A stretch of 64,000 bases of DNA from Eledone cirrhosa (GCA_964016885.1 CAXHJY010000665.1:14605-78604); one strand, 5' to 3'; counted from the stretch's first letter, positions 44,328 to 60,356 are shown. Made by a program: numbers and translations. Notes: generated by a model from the letters alone, not told the origin.

Positions 44328-44695
44328 TCTACTTATAACAGAAAATATTATATTATAAACGAATTTTAAACAACTGATAATCGTAAACACACGTACTATT
44401 AAGATATATACTTAGGATATATTTCCCCCAAATTAACGTAATATGAGTTTTATTCATCCTCACTTGTTTATTTCTTCTCTCTCGAACTATTTTTATCTTT
44501 GTCCCCTTATATCTTCACTCTCTCTTTCTTCAGTGTCGTTTAAATAAAGGGTTGTTTTTCAATTATTTACATATTCATTTGCATATTCACACATAAGTTT
44601 GAATAATCCCTAATATATTTCCACTATCCAGTGAATTTCCAACCGATAAGGTATGATTTTCATGGGTATGTCTCTATTTATGAAACAAACTTTGT

Positions 44696-44757
44696 ATTTT
44701 ACCTGACGAAAGCGTACCAATGATGTCTTGGTACCCTTGAAATATATATAATAAAAT
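44696..44757 (+). ncRNA. minimal type I HHR
   Basis: ATTTTAC-CTGACGA-AAGCGTACCAA tgatgtc TTGGTACCCTT-GAAA-TATATA-TA-ATAAAAT. Confidence 0.75.
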
Positions 44758-44801
44758 AAATATGGTTTTATAAATATAGTTTCCATCCATTTATTTAATA
44801 T

Positions 44802-44854
<53 letters not shown>

Positions 44855-44866
44855 AATTTATATATA

Positions 44867-45277
44867 TATAAACGTTTGTATATGTATAATAAAGCCAAAA
44901 CAATGCAGGTATGGACATAGAATAAAGAATGCAAATGCAAAAGATATTGTTGACAATTAGTGTTTTACCTTAGATTTATTTAAATGTCCTTAATTTTCGA
45001 GATAATATCTCTTCTTCGGAGGGAAGTAAAGCGGCATGACTTGGCAAGCTATTTAGAACACAGGTTTAACCGCTTTACTTCCCTCCGAAGAAGAGATATT
45101 ATCTTGAAAAGTAAGGACATTTAAATAAATCTAAGGTAAAAGACTAATTGTCAACAATATCTTTTGCATTTGCATTCTTTATTCTATGTCCATACCTGCA
45201 TTGTTTTGGCTTTATTATACATATACACACGTTTATACCTCATTACACAATGCTTCAAGCGAACTATAACTTCCTCC
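44867..45277 (+). mobile_element. fold-back PLE-end element with variant HHR in both arms
   Basis: Arms 44867-45034 / 45070-45237 (168 bp, ~4 mismatches, 35-nt loop), tail to 45277, TA tracts on both sides. Confidence 0.8.
44988..45022 (-). ncRNA. minimal HHR with CCGAAGA core (mirror 45082-45116 on +)
   Basis: Minus strand: CCT-CCGAAGA-A-GAGAT ATT ATCTC-GAAA-AT-TA-AGG. Confidence 0.6.
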
Positions 45278-45389
45278 ATATATATATATATATATGTATA
45301 TATATATGTATATATACAATGATATTAAATAAATGGAAACTATATTTGTAAAACCATATTTATTTTATTATATTTATATATGTATATTA

Positions 45390-45451
<62 letters not shown>

Positions 45452-45576
45452 TAAGTATGTATACGTACATACATATATGTATACAGACGGAGAGTAGTAG
45501 GTATATACATACATACATGCACACATATATATATGTACGTATGGGTTTACCGAACATTTATTATAATGTTCGGTTT

Positions 45577-45644
<68 letters not shown>

Positions 45645-45666
45645 GTATATATATATATATGTATAT

Positions 45667-45882
45667 AAGTTATTCCGGGTTGTAACCACAGTAAGGTACT
45701 CAATAATCTTAACAGTTCTAGTCCTGTAGAATCTCACATATATATATATATATTCCTGATGATTTCTAATGAATGAAACAGTTCTAGTCCTGTAGAATCT
45801 CATGTATATTAAAACTGTTATACTCTGCTATGTATTGAGTACCTTACTTACTGTGGTTACCTCCGATTCAACCCGGAATAAC

Positions 45883-45884
<2 letters not shown>
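45667..45884 (+). mobile_element. rearranged PLE-end element (family of 24150-24352)
   Basis: CTGATGA..TGAAACAGTTCTAGTCCTGTAG plus tail, with an inverted partial tail at 45667-45705 and a duplicated AACAGTTCTAGTCCTGTAGAATCTCA. Confidence 0.65.
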
Positions 45885-45965
<81 letters not shown>

Positions 45966-46298
45966 TATATACATATACATATACATATATATATATATAT
46001 ATATGTGTGTATATATGTATATATATATATATATCCATATATATATACATATATATATATATACATATATATGTATATGCATATATATCTATCTATATAT
46101 ACATATAATGGATTACCTTAAACAATATCTTGTTAACTTATGTGTATGTGTGTGTGTGTGTATATATATATATATACACACATATCTGTGTGCGCGCGTA
46201 TGTGTGTACGCGCAAAAGGCAAACATAAATAAGAAAGCAAACGATACAGTACAATGAATAAATTTGTAAGTTTTACACTTGATATTGTATAAAAAGAA

Positions 46299-46334
46299 TC
46301 TTAACATTTCAGCTGCTAGCCCTTCATCAGAAAA
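46299..46334 (-). ncRNA. minimal HHR (related to 60046)
   Basis: Minus strand: TTTT-CTGATGA-AG-GGCT AGC AGCT-GAAA-TG-TT-AAGA. Confidence 0.6.
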
Positions 46335-47078
46335 TAGAATGAGGAATTAAAGAAGAAATAGAAAGGTAAATAAAAGTGAGACATGGTAGAAACGAAAAAC
46401 GAAAAATAAATTCACGTCACCATCGCTAGGAAAACTGTTGAGCGTTGGTATATAAGAGATTCAGTTGAACTTGTTTTAAAAGGCGTTGATCGAAGGCGTC
46501 TGATTGATAAGGAATAAAATGGTCTTGTATATAGAGTGTCTGTGAGATTTTTGTTGTTGTTTTCTGTTCGAAGCTAAGAGGATATGTGTGCGAATATATA
46601 AGTTTAAAAGACAGTGTGTTTGTATATATATCAAATATATATATATGTGTGTGTACATATGCAGTTTATATATAATATCGTCCTTTTTTAAATGTATCAT
46701 GGATTACTTTACTGATTACAGAAGACAGTGTAACTTAGACTTCGTTCAATTTCTGTGTATATTGTCAATTATGATTTTATTTGATGTATCATATCTACAT
46801 GCATATATATTTGTGCATAATATCAATATACACACTACACATGCTATAAGAAAACCATATTATATATTATTGTTAAGTTTTAAGTCTTGTTACTCAATAG
46901 ATTTATCTGTGTATTCAGACGAGGATTATAAAAGTTTCTTAAGATAAAGGAATAAAATGATTAAAACATAAAATAGTCTCACTGTTTTAGGAAAGCTGGC
47001 ATAATGCAGGTTAGAAATAGTAGAGTGAAACGTAGAGTAAAGCAAGGAAAACAAAATATAACGTCTTTTACAACGTAC

Positions 47079-47118
47079 TTCGTGATAATTCGAGCTTAAG
47101 AGCTCTTTTTCAGACGAA
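47079..47118 (-). ncRNA. mutated minimal HHR
   Basis: Minus strand: TTCGT-CTGAAAA-A-GAGCT CTTA AGCTC-GAAT-TA-TC-ACGAA. Stems I and II are perfect, with two core substitutions. Confidence 0.55.
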
Positions 47119-47605
47119 AGTAAATGGCGTGATAATTTTAAAGAAATGCAGGCATGAACACTGCACTCCTTTAAAAAACAAGTCCTAACCTTCAGATAAC
47201 ATAAAATATTGAGTAAAAGTGTAAACTATGGAGAGTAAAATAATGTAGTTAAAACGTAGAATTATGAGATATGTAAATTATCGATCTGTTGTTTTCGTTA
47301 GATTTTCTTAAAGTAAGTTTCACTTTTGACAACCTTTAACTCCATAGCATTAGCTAACCAGCCTGAAGATTACCAAACATCTACGGATTCTAAGAATCTA
47401 CATCGCTGGATGTATATGCGATTGAGCGTGTGTGTGTATATGTGTGTGAACGTATGTATGTGTGTGTGAGTGAGCGGAGTGTGTGTGTGTATGTGAGCGG
47501 CGTCTGTTTGTGTGCCTGTTTGTGTGTGAATTTGTATATATACAATATGAATATATAAGCATATATATACATATGTAATGAGTATAGCACAATACGTTTA
47601 AAATG

Positions 47606-47668
<63 letters not shown>

Positions 47669-47709
47669 TATATGTATATATACATATATGTATATATATA
47701 TACACACAC

Positions 47710-47742
<33 letters not shown>

Positions 47743-47855
47743 CACATATATATACATACATATATATATATATATGCATGTATATATATATATATGTATG
47801 TATATATATGTATATATGTATGTATATATATATATATATGTATAAGTGTATGTAC

Positions 47856-47910
<55 letters not shown>

Positions 47911-47927
47911 TAGAGAACACATACACA

Positions 47928-47977
<50 letters not shown>

Positions 47978-48366
47978 TATTCTTCCTCACACTCTGTATA
48001 TATATATATATATATATATGTATATGTGTATTTGAGTTGGGGTGTTTTCAATTTATTCGATATTATACAATCAACCACTACCAACACCACCACCACCACC
48101 GCCGCCCTCACCACCATCCCCCACACCACCAGTAGGAGCATCACCATTATTTCACCATGCACTTTTCAGCGAGATGCAGTAGAGTGTTGCAGCCTGCAAA
48201 TATTCCACATCAAAATACAGCGCTAACGAGGCGTGAAGAATCCTGCATGGTGAGCTGTCATTTCTGTGTTGTTTGTCTACCCAGGCAGTCTATATAAACA
48301 TACCGTGCCACACTGTATGCTGAGGAAACATCGCTTGTGTTCGCATATATTGCGGTTATATATGTA

Positions 48367-48416
<50 letters not shown>

Positions 48417-48482
48417 CATATATGTTTGCTTGTGTGTGGTGTAAATATGAATGTATATATATACATACATATATATATATAC

Positions 48483-48543
<61 letters not shown>

Positions 48544-48839
48544 CATATATATATATATATATACATGTACATATACTATTATTAAATAATAGAATATGTA
48601 ATTGTACACCTTGTATTGAATCCTTTTTTTGTTACTACTTTTGTTCTTGGATATTAAGGAAACATTATAGATACATATATATATATATGTGTGTGTGTGA
48701 CGGAGAGAGAGTGTCTGTGTGCGTGCGTGTGTGTGTGCGTGTCTGTTTGCGTGTGGGGGATTGTGAATCATATCTACCCACACATATATCGAAATAGATA
48801 TGAAAATATTTATACACACATACACACCCATAAACACAC

Positions 48840-48939
<100 letters not shown>

Positions 48940-49044
48940 ACACAGACACATATATATATATATGTATTTATAAGCACCGATCTGTTGTTACAGTATAAGT
49001 GAAGCGAAAAGACAAATCACAAATTTTCAAAATTACCCTCCCCC

Positions 49045-49091
<47 letters not shown>

Positions 49092-49527
49092 TATAAATAT
49101 CCACAAATCGAAACGTAAATAAATAAAAAAAAAACCACAAAAAAAAAAAACAATAAAAAATAAATTTATAAAAAAAATTAAATAAAAACTAAACAATAAT
49201 AAAATAAAAATGAACATCGTCTACCGGAAGTTGCGTGAATGTTATATAAGCTAGCGGGAAGTCGAAGAAACTGCGCAGAGGTGCAGGACTGTGAAGTCAA
49301 GTAAATATTGTGTTTGTTTATAGGTGAAGTTAAGACAGTGTTACTGAGTAAAGCAGTCGTACTCGAGTTCATGTCATGCACTCAGCGTCTAACTATCGCT
49401 ATTACTCACCGTAACGTACCCGTACATACTAGCTAGACTGGCACTGTTGCTGGTCTCGCAACTGAGATTCTTGATATGTAAGCAGATCTACCTAGTCATC
49501 TGTGTGTGTGCGAGTATATATGTGTGT

Positions 49528-49601
<74 letters not shown>

Positions 49602-49665
49602 TTATATATATATATATGTATTTATATATATATATATATGTATTTATATATATATAAATATATGC

Positions 49666-49718
<53 letters not shown>

Positions 49719-49884
49719 CATATATATTACATATATATGTATATATATATGTATTTATATATATATATATATATATGTATTTATATATATATATATATAA
49801 TATATATATTTATACATACATACATATTACATATATATGTATATATGTATATATATATATATGTGTATATATATATATATTATA

Positions 49885-49952
<68 letters not shown>

Positions 49953-50049
49953 GTATGTGTGTGTGAGTGTGTGTATTCATGTTTGTAAATACGTTGGTAT
50001 ATGTCTCCATGTATCCATATATATATATGTATTGTATGTATATATTATG

Positions 50050-50082
<33 letters not shown>

Positions 50083-50100
50083 ATGTATGTATATATATAC

Positions 50101-50192
<92 letters not shown>

Positions 50193-50445
50193 GTGTGTGT
50201 GTGTGTGTGTGTGGAACACCCACATTAAAGATAAAGTCGGTATGACCAGCGGTGGGTTTGAAACTTAGAAACTTTCCGGTCCAAATATCTAAAATATCCA
50301 GACATCATCCTTCTATTCTCTACCATTGCACGGTCTCACCTTGAAATCTATTGCCCGCTGTGCTCATCCCGTACCAAACAAAATATTATGACAATTGAAA
50401 CACCCAACAGCTTAATTACAAAATAAATATAGAAATGATATAAAA

Positions 50446-51018
50446 TAATAATTGTTTCTACTTTAGGCACAAGGCCAGCAATTACCCAGTACATTACTGG
50501 TACTTTATTTTATCGACCCCCGTAAGGATGAAAGGCAAAGTTAACCTCGGCGGGATTTGAACTCAGACTATAGCAATACCATCAATAATTGTTTCTACTT
50601 TAGGCACAAGGCCAGCAAATTACCCAGTGCATTACTGGTACTTTATTTTATCGACCCCCGTAAGGATGAAAGGCAAAGTTAACCTCGGCGGGATTTGAAC
50701 TCAGACTATAGCAATAGCAACAATAATTGTTTCTACTTTAGGCACAAGGCCAGCAATTACCCAGTGCATTACTGGTACTTTATTTTATCGACCCCCGTAA
50801 GGATGAAAGGCAAAGTTAACCTCGGCGGGATTTGAACTCAGACTATAGCAATAGCAACAATAATTGTTTCTACTTTAGGCACAAGGCCAGCAAATACCCA
50901 GTGCATTACTGGTACTTTATTTTATCGACCCCCGTAATGATGAAAGGCAAAGTCAACCTCGGCGGGATATGAACTCAGATTGTAAAGTGAAGACGTAACT
51001 ATGCTAGAAAGCATGGCG
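50446..51018 (-). repeat. four-unit tandem array of SINE A 3' part (137-138 bp period)
   Basis: Units start near 50451, 50588, 50726 and 50863. All share the 5-C variant GACCCCCG. Confidence 0.9.
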
Positions 51019-51020
51019 CA

Positions 51021-51223
51021 GGCACACGGCCAACAATTTTGGTTGGAGATGATGAAAGTTGATTAAATCCAGCCGAATATTTGATTAGTACTTTATTTAT
51101 CGACCAATTCATGAACGGAATACAAAGTTGTCCTGGGTGAGATTTGAACTCAGAACGTTATGGGCCGGAATAAATCCGGAGGGCCTTTTTCCGATGCTCC
51201 AACTATTCTGCTAATGCACCGCC
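51021..51223 (-). mobile_element. older divergent SINE A relative
   Basis: GGCACACGGCC..TTTATCGACC..GATTTGAACTCAGAACG..CACCGCC. Similar to 26690-26890. Confidence 0.65.
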
Positions 51224-51253
51224 TAATAAAAAACCCAATAAATATGCCACGTG

Positions 51254-51321
<68 letters not shown>

Positions 51322-52395
51322 ATATATATATATATATATCTCTGTCTATAACTGTTTCAAATTTACACACAAACATACACACGCATACAAATATTCATGC
51401 ACACATAACCATACACGCACATACAAATACATACACACTGTACTTCTCATCTCAGTCATGTTTTTACAATAAGAAGTTCACTTTGCAATCACAAGCTTCT
51501 GAGTTCTAACTTTACATCTGTCCGTCTAACTAGTTTATTCCAATGTTTTTCATGCATTTAATCCTGTGTACACATATATAATTTGTATACATATATCTTG
51601 AAGCTTTCTATCCTATACATAAGTAATCAACATAAACTATGAGGATTCATTTATGAAAACCATTACCTTATCAAAACAAACTTTTCCCGGTCTGTATGGT
51701 TCATATATCTGGAAATCTTGGCATATATGGCGTACTAATTCTGGTTTATTTCCGTCATGGTTCTACTAGTAGTAAACAGTATTGAATACGTTCAAAATCA
51801 ATAGTACTTGAGTACTATGGTATCCTTAAATATGAGATATGGCGCTTTACTATGAGGAGAAATTAAGTTAGACATGACATGGCGAAATAGCGGCCGAAGC
51901 CTCTCAGTGTTATTTTTTATTTTAATATAGAGTTTTTTTAATATATATCAGTGTTAGTGTTACTAACCAACATGGCTGCCATAGAATTGAAGAAACAATC
52001 AGCGTTATCTAGCTACCATTTTGTTTTGTTAACCTCAACCTTTTTTCCTCTCTCTCTAAAACACGTGACTTCTTATTAACCAAATTTTTGTGAACATCAG
52101 TGAAAGCTGGGTGCGTAGCATCACTTCAACACCACCCTAATCTTATAACCTTACTATCTTATAACCTTACTATCTACCCAAAACCTACCCAAACCAAACC
52201 TTTCGGGAAATGCAAAACAGAAAAACGAAAACATCCCAAAAGAAATTGAAATCAGAAAATATGTAAAAACAACTACAACCACAAAAAATGGAATGAAATC
52301 AGGCAAAAACGTACAAAAATACGAAATTTTTTTGTATTTCTTGAAAAAAATTGTGAACCCCAAAACAAAAGTCGAAAAATATAACTCCCTCTCTA

Positions 52396-52441
<46 letters not shown>

Positions 52442-52669
52442 GTAATTATAATAATAATAGTAATAGTAATTATAATAGTGCTGGTAGTAGTTGTAGTAGC
52501 GGCGGCGGCGATGGTGGTGGTAGTAGAAACCATAATAATATTGATAATAATAATGATGATGATGGGGAGGCGGAAGGAGAGGAAGTGGAGGAGGAGGGGG
52601 AGGAGGAGGAGGGGAGAATAACATCAACAACAACAACAACAACAACAACAACGACAACGACGATAATAA

Positions 52670-52712
<43 letters not shown>

Positions 52713-52959
52713 AATAACAACAACAACAATGGTGGCGGGAACAATGCTAATGCTGCTAATCACAGGAAGACTTCTGCTCAACACCACACTACTACACTCC
52801 ACTCCATTCCACTCCACTCCATTGCACCTCTCCACCACTCCACTCTTACAGTATCAATCCATATACCTTCCCCGGTGAATAATGTACCCCTGCTGAGATG
52901 TGATAGAGCAGTTGGAGAGAAGCAATGGATGGCAAGATGGCGACAGAATAGGGAAAGCA

Positions 52960-52991
<32 letters not shown>

Positions 52992-52992
<1 letters not shown>

Positions 52993-52995
52993 GAA

Positions 52996-53030
<35 letters not shown>

Positions 53031-53145
53031 AGAAGAAGAAGAAGAAGAAGAAGAAGAAGAAGAAGAAGAAGAAGAAGAAGAAGAAGAAGAAGAAGAAGAA
53101 GAAGAAGAAGAAGAAGAAGAAGAAGAAGAAGAAGAAGAAGAAGAA
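52992..53145. repeat. (GAA)n microsatellite
   Basis: About 50 units. Confidence 0.95.
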
Positions 53146-53179
53146 TGCTAATAATTATGGTGCTGATGATGAAGATAAT

Positions 53180-54540
53180 GCTGCTGATTATAATGGAGAT
53201 ATTGATGGTGATAATGATATTGATGATGGTGATGGTGATGGTGATAATGATATTGGTGATGCTGATAATGATATTGATGATGGTGATGGTGATAGTGATA
53301 TTGGTGATGGTGATGGTGATAGTGATATTGGTGATGATGATGGTGATGGTGATAGTGTTATTGATGATGGTGATGGTGATAATGATATTGATGATGGTGA
53401 TGGTGATAATGATATTGATGATGGTGATGGTGATAATGATATTGATGATGGTGATAGTGATATTGATGATGGTGATGGTGATAATGATATTGATGATGGT
53501 GATAATGATATTGATGATGGTGATGGTGATAATGATATTGATGATGGTGATGGTGATAATGATATTGATGATGGTGATGGTGATAATGATATTGATGATG
53601 GTGATGGTGATAGTGATATTGATGATGGTGATGGTGATAATGATATTGATGATGGTGATGGTGATAATGATATTGATGATGGTGATAATGATATTGGTGA
53701 TGATGATGGTGATGGTGATAGTGTTATTGATGATGGTGATGGTGATAATGATATTGATGATGGTGATGGTGATAGTGATATTGATGATGGTGATGGTGAT
53801 AATGATATTGATGATGGTGATGGTGATGGTGATATTGATGATGGTAATGGTGATAATGATATTGATGATGGTGATGGTGATAATGATATTGATGATGGTG
53901 TGGTGATAATGATATTGATGATGGTGATGGCGATAGTGATATTGATGATGGTGATGGTGATAATGATATTGATGATGGTGATGGTGATAATGATATTGAT
54001 GATGGTGTGGCGATAGTGATATTGATGATGGTGTGGCGATAGTGATATTGATGATGGTGTGGTGACAATGATATTGATGATGGTGATGGCGATAGTGATA
54101 TTGATGATGGTGTGGTGATAATGATATTGATGATGGTGATGGCGATAGTGATATTGATGATGGTGATGGTGATAATGATATTGATGATGGTGATGGTGAT
54201 AATGATATTGATGATGGTGATGGTGATAGTGATATTGATGATGGTGATGGTGATAATGATATTGATGATGGTGATGGTGATAATGATATTGATGATGGTG
54301 ATGGTGATAATGATATGGATGATGGTGATGGTAATAATGATATTGATGATGGTGATGGTAATAATGATATTGATGATGGTGATGGTAATAATGATATTGA
54401 TGATGGTGATGGTAATAATGATATTGATGATGGTGATGGTGATAATGATATTGATATTGATGATGGTGATGGTGATAATGATATTGATGATGGTGATGGT
54501 GATAATGATATGGATGATGGTGATGGTGATAATGATGATA
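53180..54540. repeat. 27-bp (GAT/GGT) minisatellite
   Basis: GATATTGATGATGGTGATGGTGATAAT units. Confidence 0.9.
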
Positions 54541-54986
54541 AACAAAAACACAAATAAATATAGGAGGGAAAAAAACAGATACGGTGATCTTGAAGGGTGG
54601 GAGAGAAGATGAGTGGGAGGCGTAGGAGGGAAAGGAGAGGGAAAAGGAGAGGTTAAGAAAGAGGACTAAGGGTAGGAGCTAGGCTAGGGTGGTGTGGAGG
54701 GTCAGATGGAGTGGGTGAGGGTCTGTTGGTGTAGAAGCTGTCATAGCCAGATCGTAATTCTTTCATTTGCCCGCGGAGGAAAAAGTTGTAATGACGGAAA
54801 AAGATGCAACATTTAGCAGCAATGGCGTTTTCTATTTTGGACTATCTGTCTGTCTGTCTGTCTGTCTGTCTGACTGTCTGTCTGTCTGTCTGTCTGTTTT
54901 TCTATCTATATGTCTGTCAGTCTGTCAGTATGTCTATATATTGGTTTGTCTATCTGTCTATCTATCTATCTATCTGTCTATCTATC

Positions 54987-55114
<128 letters not shown>

Positions 55115-55184
55115 CTACATATATATATATCTATGTATATATGTATATATATATATATGTATATATAAATATATATATATACAC

Positions 55185-55241
<57 letters not shown>

Positions 55242-55268
55242 AATATATATATACACATATACACATAT

Positions 55269-55425
<157 letters not shown>

Positions 55426-55682
55426 ATATATATGTATATATATATCTATGTATATATGTATATATAAACATATATATACACATATACATATATATATATA
55501 TATATATATACATATGAATATATATATATATATACATATGAATATATATATATACATATATATATCTAATATATATGTATATATATATCTATGTATATAT
55601 GTATATATATATGTATATATAAATATATATATATACACATATACATATACATATATATACATATATATATATATACATATGA

Positions 55683-55713
<31 letters not shown>

Positions 55714-55940
55714 TACACACATATATATAACACAGTCATCATTGAGACACTAACTCTTTATATCATCTTTCTGCTCCACCACCAATCCCTCCCCCTCCTT
55801 GATCCTCTCTCGTTTCCTGTCACGCTGGAACCTTGTCAGTATATATTATACGCTTATTAACTTCCCTATCAATCTCTCAACCGTCTTAGCCTCTCAACCC
55901 TCTCTCTAGCTCGGTGTATATATATCTCTCTCTCTCTCGG

Positions 55941-55977
<37 letters not shown>

Positions 55978-56041
55978 AGATTTATCTATCTATCTGTCTG
56001 TCTCTCTCTCTCTCTCTATCTATCTATGTATCTATCTGTGA

Positions 56042-56127
56042 TAACATTTTACACGTTTTTATTGTATGTAAACTTCCCCCCTTGTATTTGTCCCCTTCTT
56101 TTGTGCCCCTGTGGCTAATAAAGAAAC
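56042..56127 (+). mobile_element. LINE-like 3' end within (TATC)n
   Basis: Near-identical to 17375-17460. Confidence 0.65.
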
Positions 56128-56128
56128 A

Positions 56129-56183
<55 letters not shown>

Positions 56184-56251
56184 TTATCTATCTAACTGTC
56201 TATCTCTCTCTCTATATATATATCAAGCGAGAGACAGAGAGAGAGAGAGAA

Positions 56252-56294
<43 letters not shown>

Positions 56295-56358
56295 AACATT
56301 TGTGTGCTTGTGTCTCTATATCTGTAAGGTTATATATGTGGCTGTGTGTGTGTAAATG

Positions 56359-56391
<33 letters not shown>

Positions 56392-56517
56392 TTATCTAAC
56401 CTTACAGATATGTATATATATATATATATCTGTCTCTCTCTCTCTGTCTCTCTCTGAATCTCTCTTTCTCTCAATCTATCTATCCATATATCTTCTTCTT
56501 CTTCTTCTTCTTCTTCT

Positions 56518-56565
<48 letters not shown>

Positions 56566-56726
56566 TATCTATATATATATATCTATTTATCAACATATTG
56601 GAAAAAGGAGATTTTCTCAGAAATATTTTTGGTAAGCTGAATTTCGAAATTCAGAAAATAAATATACAAATAAATGCAGACATGCATATACATACGTACG
56701 TATATGGCACTCTCTCCCTCCCTCCT

Positions 56727-56871
<145 letters not shown>

Positions 56872-56897
56872 TATATTCATATATATACATATATATA

Positions 56898-57062
<165 letters not shown>

Positions 57063-57116
57063 TATATATACATATATATATTCATATATATATATATATA
57101 TATAAATATATATATT

Positions 57117-57183
<67 letters not shown>

Positions 57184-57209
57184 TATATTCATATATATAC
57201 ATATATATA

Positions 57210-57284
<75 letters not shown>

Positions 57285-57350
57285 TATATATATATAATAC
57301 TATATATATATATATATATATATCTATATATATATATTATATATATATAT

Positions 57351-57406
<56 letters not shown>

Positions 57407-57680
57407 TTAAGTCATGCTAAATCTGTGTATACTGTTTAAACCTCAGCAATGTCTGCCTCAGAAAACTGGACATTTTTCTCTCCAGATCTTTTTCTTTCTC
57501 ATTCTTTCTTTTTCTCTCTATCTCATTCTCCTTTCCTCTCTCTTCATTCTGCTTGACTCGACTTGCTTTTAGCATCCTTTATAAGTGAAAACTATGCGTT
57601 GTGAATGCATACCAGTGTATATATACACATATACACGTATATAGTTCTATATGTACACACGCATAGACACAAATGTAAAC

Positions 57681-57871
<191 letters not shown>

Positions 57872-57933
57872 TAGTTATACTTGGGGAGGGTCATATTTGT
57901 GTAATATTGCCAGAATTAATAACAGAACACACT

Positions 57934-58023
<90 letters not shown>

Positions 58024-58054
58024 TATATATATTTATATATATATATTTGTATAT

Positions 58055-58108
<54 letters not shown>

Positions 58109-58274
58109 ATACATATACATATATATATATATATATATATATTTGAATATATATACATATATATATATATATATATTTGTATATGTATATGTTTATGTAT
58201 ATCTATATAAATATATAGATATATATATACATAAACATATACCCACATATATATACATGTACAGGTCTATATGA

Positions 58275-58340
<66 letters not shown>

Positions 58341-58758
58341 TGTATGAGTGTGCATGTGTGTGCAGCTGTGTGCATGAGTCTGTCGATGTGGAATTTAACT
58401 CTTAACCAAACCTGTCTCATATTGGGGAATGTCGTATGCCTATTTCGAAAATAAATACTTTTTTTCTGCTCCAAGATACAGGAAAATTAATTGTACACAT
58501 AGACACATCGGCATAAAAGCAGTTAGAGAAAAATACAATTAAATTAACACTTGTAAAGATACACACATATATATATATATACACAGTTATATATACGTAT
58601 ACTCGTGCATACATAGTTCCAAGCGTATAAACGAATACCAGTGCATACAACCATATACACGTACATATACTGAAGAAAATATATACACACGTGCATACAA
58701 CCATATACACGTGTATATACTGAACAAAATATATACACACGTGTAAAGTGTTTGCAAA

Positions 58759-58840
<82 letters not shown>

Positions 58841-58934
58841 ATATATATGTTAAAAAACTTGTTATACAGGGCAAACAAATGGATGTTTATCTATCTATAC
58901 AAACAAATGCACATCTATAAATGCACACACACAC

Positions 58935-58965
<31 letters not shown>

Positions 58966-59058
58966 CACACACATATATATATAAATATGTGTGATGTGTG
59001 TATACAGTTTTGGGGGATACCATGTATATATACGTATATATATATATATATATATATA

Positions 59059-59111
<53 letters not shown>

Positions 59112-59545
59112 TATATACATACACATATATATATGTGGGTGTGTGTGTATGTGTGTATGCGTATGTGTGTATATATGTATATATATATATATATGTGCGT
59201 GTGAGTGTGTGTTTAAGTATATGCGTCAGTTGGTGTGATGTAGTGTGTGCATGGCCATAAATATTTATATATTTAAATATTTAACCTACTTTCTTTATTT
59301 GTTTTTCAAATATCTGAATATTTAAATGTTTCATAAAATTACACACACGCACACATATATATGAATATACCTGTGTGTGTGTGTGTGTGTGTGTATGTGT
59401 GTGTGTGTATATAAATGTAAGTATTTAAGGTTATATAACTAATTTTGTATGGTTTGTAATTATTCTTTTTTCACCAGACTGTATTGTTGGTCTTATCCTT
59501 GTTGTTAAGCGAAATAAACTCCATAATATTATAAGGTAAGTGGAA

Positions 59546-59626
59546 ATAATTGTTTCTACTTTAGGCACAAGGCCAGCAATTAACCAGTGCATTACTGGTA
59601 CTTTATTTTATCGACCCCGTAAGGAT
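59546..59626 (-). mobile_element. SINE A 3' fragment
   Basis: Tail and part of the core. Confidence 0.85.
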
Positions 59627-59736
59627 TTCAAAGCTGATACTGCAAGGCTCGCTACTTAGAATGTCTTGTTCACCTTAATCAGGCAACTGTTAATATTATA
59701 TTTGACGTGTTTGAAGTTTTGATGTCTGGATACATT

Positions 59737-59843
<107 letters not shown>

Positions 59844-60045
59844 CCTCTCCCTCTCTCTCTCTCTCTCCCCCCTCCCCTCTCTCTCTCCACACACACACAA
59901 CACAGAAAAAAAATCATACACAAAACACCAGCACCAACAGTTTGCAAGAGATGTCAACATGAATGGACCTGTTATTTTTATCTAAAGACACTTTTTTCCA
60001 ATTCCAACCCGCCCGTACCCTCAATCTATCTTATTTCTCATTCTT

Positions 60046-60081
60046 TCTTCTGATGAAGGACTAGCGTCCGAAACGTTAAGA
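60046..60081 (+). ncRNA. minimal type I hammerhead ribozyme
   Basis: TCTT-CTGATGA-A-GGAC TAGC GTCC-GAAA-CG-TT-AAGA. Stems I and II are perfect and stem III is the palindrome AACGTT. Followed by a ~90-nt tail and then (TA)n. Confidence 0.85.
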
Positions 60082-60213
60082 CCCTCTTCCTGCTATATCA
60101 AGCGTTAACCTAATATATCCCTTCCATATACTGTACCGATTGTTGTGTTGTTATTTCTGTTTACCTTTTACATACATATATATATATGTCTATATATATA
60201 TATATATATATAT

Positions 60214-60308
<95 letters not shown>

Positions 60309-60325
60309 TATACATATATATATAC

Positions 60326-60356
<31 letters not shown>

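Larger units (their letters stand above)
43330..44808 (+). mobile_element. 5'-truncated Penelope-like element: EN + AT-rich 3' region + HHR
   Basis: A continuous non-microsatellite block between two TA tracts, with the EN and HHR on the same strand. Confidence 0.75.

Noticed and set aside
51720-52945. Cluster of YY1-like ATGGC motifs and an E-box as a promoter
   Set aside because: These are short motifs with no associated exon or ORF and cannot be supported from sequence alone.
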